From Bugula neritina (taxonomy: Eukaryota > Animalia > Bryozoa), in assembly GCA_964035545.1 (NCBI GenBank), contig OZ037768.1:10510741-10574740 (forward strand): DNA of 64,000 nucleotides, given 5' to 3'. The position numbers and the translations under genes were made by a program. Numbering within the stretch: the stretch's first letter is position 1; each line of letters starts with the position of its first letter. Below the pieces are notes generated by a model. That model saw only the letters and a list, made by a program, of their open reading frames with translations, ran no database searches and was not told the DNA's origin. Shown here piece after piece: positions 62,560 through 64,000 of this stretch.

Positions 62560-63790
62560 ATGAATATAAACATCTCAGGCTTACTGAGAGCAGAAATCAA
62601 CGCTTTTAATCGAGATATTAGCAGAATTAGACAGGTTCTCACAGATACAACTGAACTTTTTGATGAAATCGACACAGCTACTCAGATTAGTGGAGGTGTG
62701 TAAACAATAACATCAGCATGTGTTTCTACTTTCTTTTGTTTGAACTGGGGCTGGTGTAACTTTATGAGAAAAATCTGTTGCACTAGATTTATATACATTT
62801 TGCTTCTTATGAAATTTGAATAGAATAATTAAAAGGATTACCAATTTAAGTTACTATTATTATTAAATTGTTATTAAATTTTTATTTGATACAGTTTATG
62901 CTTATACTATATACTATATACTATAACTATTACTTGAAGTTTATGTATTATAAATCTGTTATACTTTTAGTATTTTACTTTATCGATGCTATTAATTATA
63001 AGATTAACAATAAATTTAAGTTTAATTTCCAGTAAATGATTAATAATTTTAAACTATAAGTACTATAGGCTAACTATAAAATTAAGTATTAACTTAAATG
63101 AAAATCTGTTTATAAAATAATTCACTAGTGATGAACTATAACTAACAACATTGAGTGAGTCTATCACATTAGCCAATAATATTATTATTGCCGATGTGGT
63201 TGAATAAAGTTGGTGCTAACTTATGGTTTTGTTATAGGTGTTCATGCACAGACCTTCGTATATTGATAGGTTATTGCTGTTAATACACATGGTTTCTGAA
63301 ATGTCCATCTATCAAAGAACCTCTAATTGGTTAAGGATTTTGTTTCTAACTAATGAGGACTCTTGAAATAGCACAGCACTAATACTATCTAAATACCATT
63401 ATCATTAATCCTGCTGCGATATCCCATATCTCATACTAGACAGTCATGTTAACTCTGCTTGTCCTAAATTGGTGCTGGTAACAATTAGTGAGTGAATTCT
63501 CACACTGCTGGTGATATTCAAAGACATACTGTACAAATGCACTATTGAATTTTATTCTTCCATTTTCACTTTTTCATATTATTTCTCTGGTTTACTTTAG
63601 TGCATCTCTCTGGGGAATCTTTTAATGAAGAAGATGATTTAAGAGCCCTGATAAACTGTCCACCTTCTCTTGTAATCTTGGGTGAATCACAGGCTGCCAA
63701 AGCAGCTTTAGTCAACAAACTCTTCAACGAACCAATATACCCAGACATATCTGCCGAGGAGTGTGAGGTGTCAGGCTGGAGGACCGTTCG
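62560..63790 (+). CDS. DSTYK: Dual serine/threonine and tyrosine protein kinase, first two coding exons (gene continues beyond window)
   Basis: Exon 62560-62695 MNINISGLLRAEINAFNRDISRIRQVLTDTTELFDEI... joins in phase 1 to exon 63601-63790 EEDDLRALINCPPSLVILGESQAAKAALVNKLFNEPIYP...WRTVR. This resembles the DSTYK N-terminus (LRQNLRETQKFF...[22 protein letters not shown]...LRRLR). The kinase domain is not in the window. Confidence 0.75.
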
Positions 63791-63800
63791 GTATGTCAGC

Positions 63801-63978
63801 TCAAGTTCTCAAGTCATGTCAAGTTCTCGAGTTCTCAAGTTATGTCAAGTTCTCGAGTTCTCAAGTCATGTCAAGTTCTCGAGTTTTCAAGTCATGTCCA
63901 ATTTTCCAGTTATGTCAAATTCTCAAGCTGTGTCTAATTCTCAAGTTCTTGTCAAATTATCTGTGCTGTTGTCAAGTC
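63801..63978. repeat. Minisatellite built from TCAAGTTC / TCAAGTCATG units
   Basis: Unit of about 26 bp, TCAAGTCATG-TCAAGTTC-TCGAGTTC, repeated and degenerating 3'-ward; starts 10 nt after the DSTYK exon 2 donor. Confidence 0.9.
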
Positions 63979-64000
63979 CTATTTTATTTACATATAAATG

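Overview
AT-rich, intron-rich metazoan genomic DNA; it looks like an invertebrate, but the taxon cannot be fixed from sequence alone. Seven genes can be rebuilt by hand from splice phases: CNOT1 (-, about 41 coding exons, 1402-24458), PEX3 (-, single-exon CDS), IDH3G (+), an unassigned gene of about 683 aa with a PAM2-like motif and Pro/Gln-rich tail (-), a ZIP8/ZIP14-type SLC39 metal transporter (+), ACTL6/BAF53 (-) and the first two coding exons of DSTYK (+). Six of the seven form three head-to-head pairs. The most striking non-genic structure is a young 3.65-kb fold-back element (about 0.9-kb near-identical inverted arms, AT or TA target duplication) inside an intron of the unassigned gene. 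Its core holds an intron-split ISL2EU/PHIS-type transposase HTH relic, and a second GATC-palindrome-rich MITE sits in one arm only. Also present: several small MITEs, a tRNA-derived SINE, microsatellites, a GC-AG intron, a 27-nt micro-exon candidate, uORFs overlapping main start codons, a readthrough-like stop context, and a recurrent 6-nt-periodic tract in promoter-proximal introns of five genes. No CRISPR array, rRNA or genuine tRNA was seen. All family assignments come from recognised motifs, not database searches.
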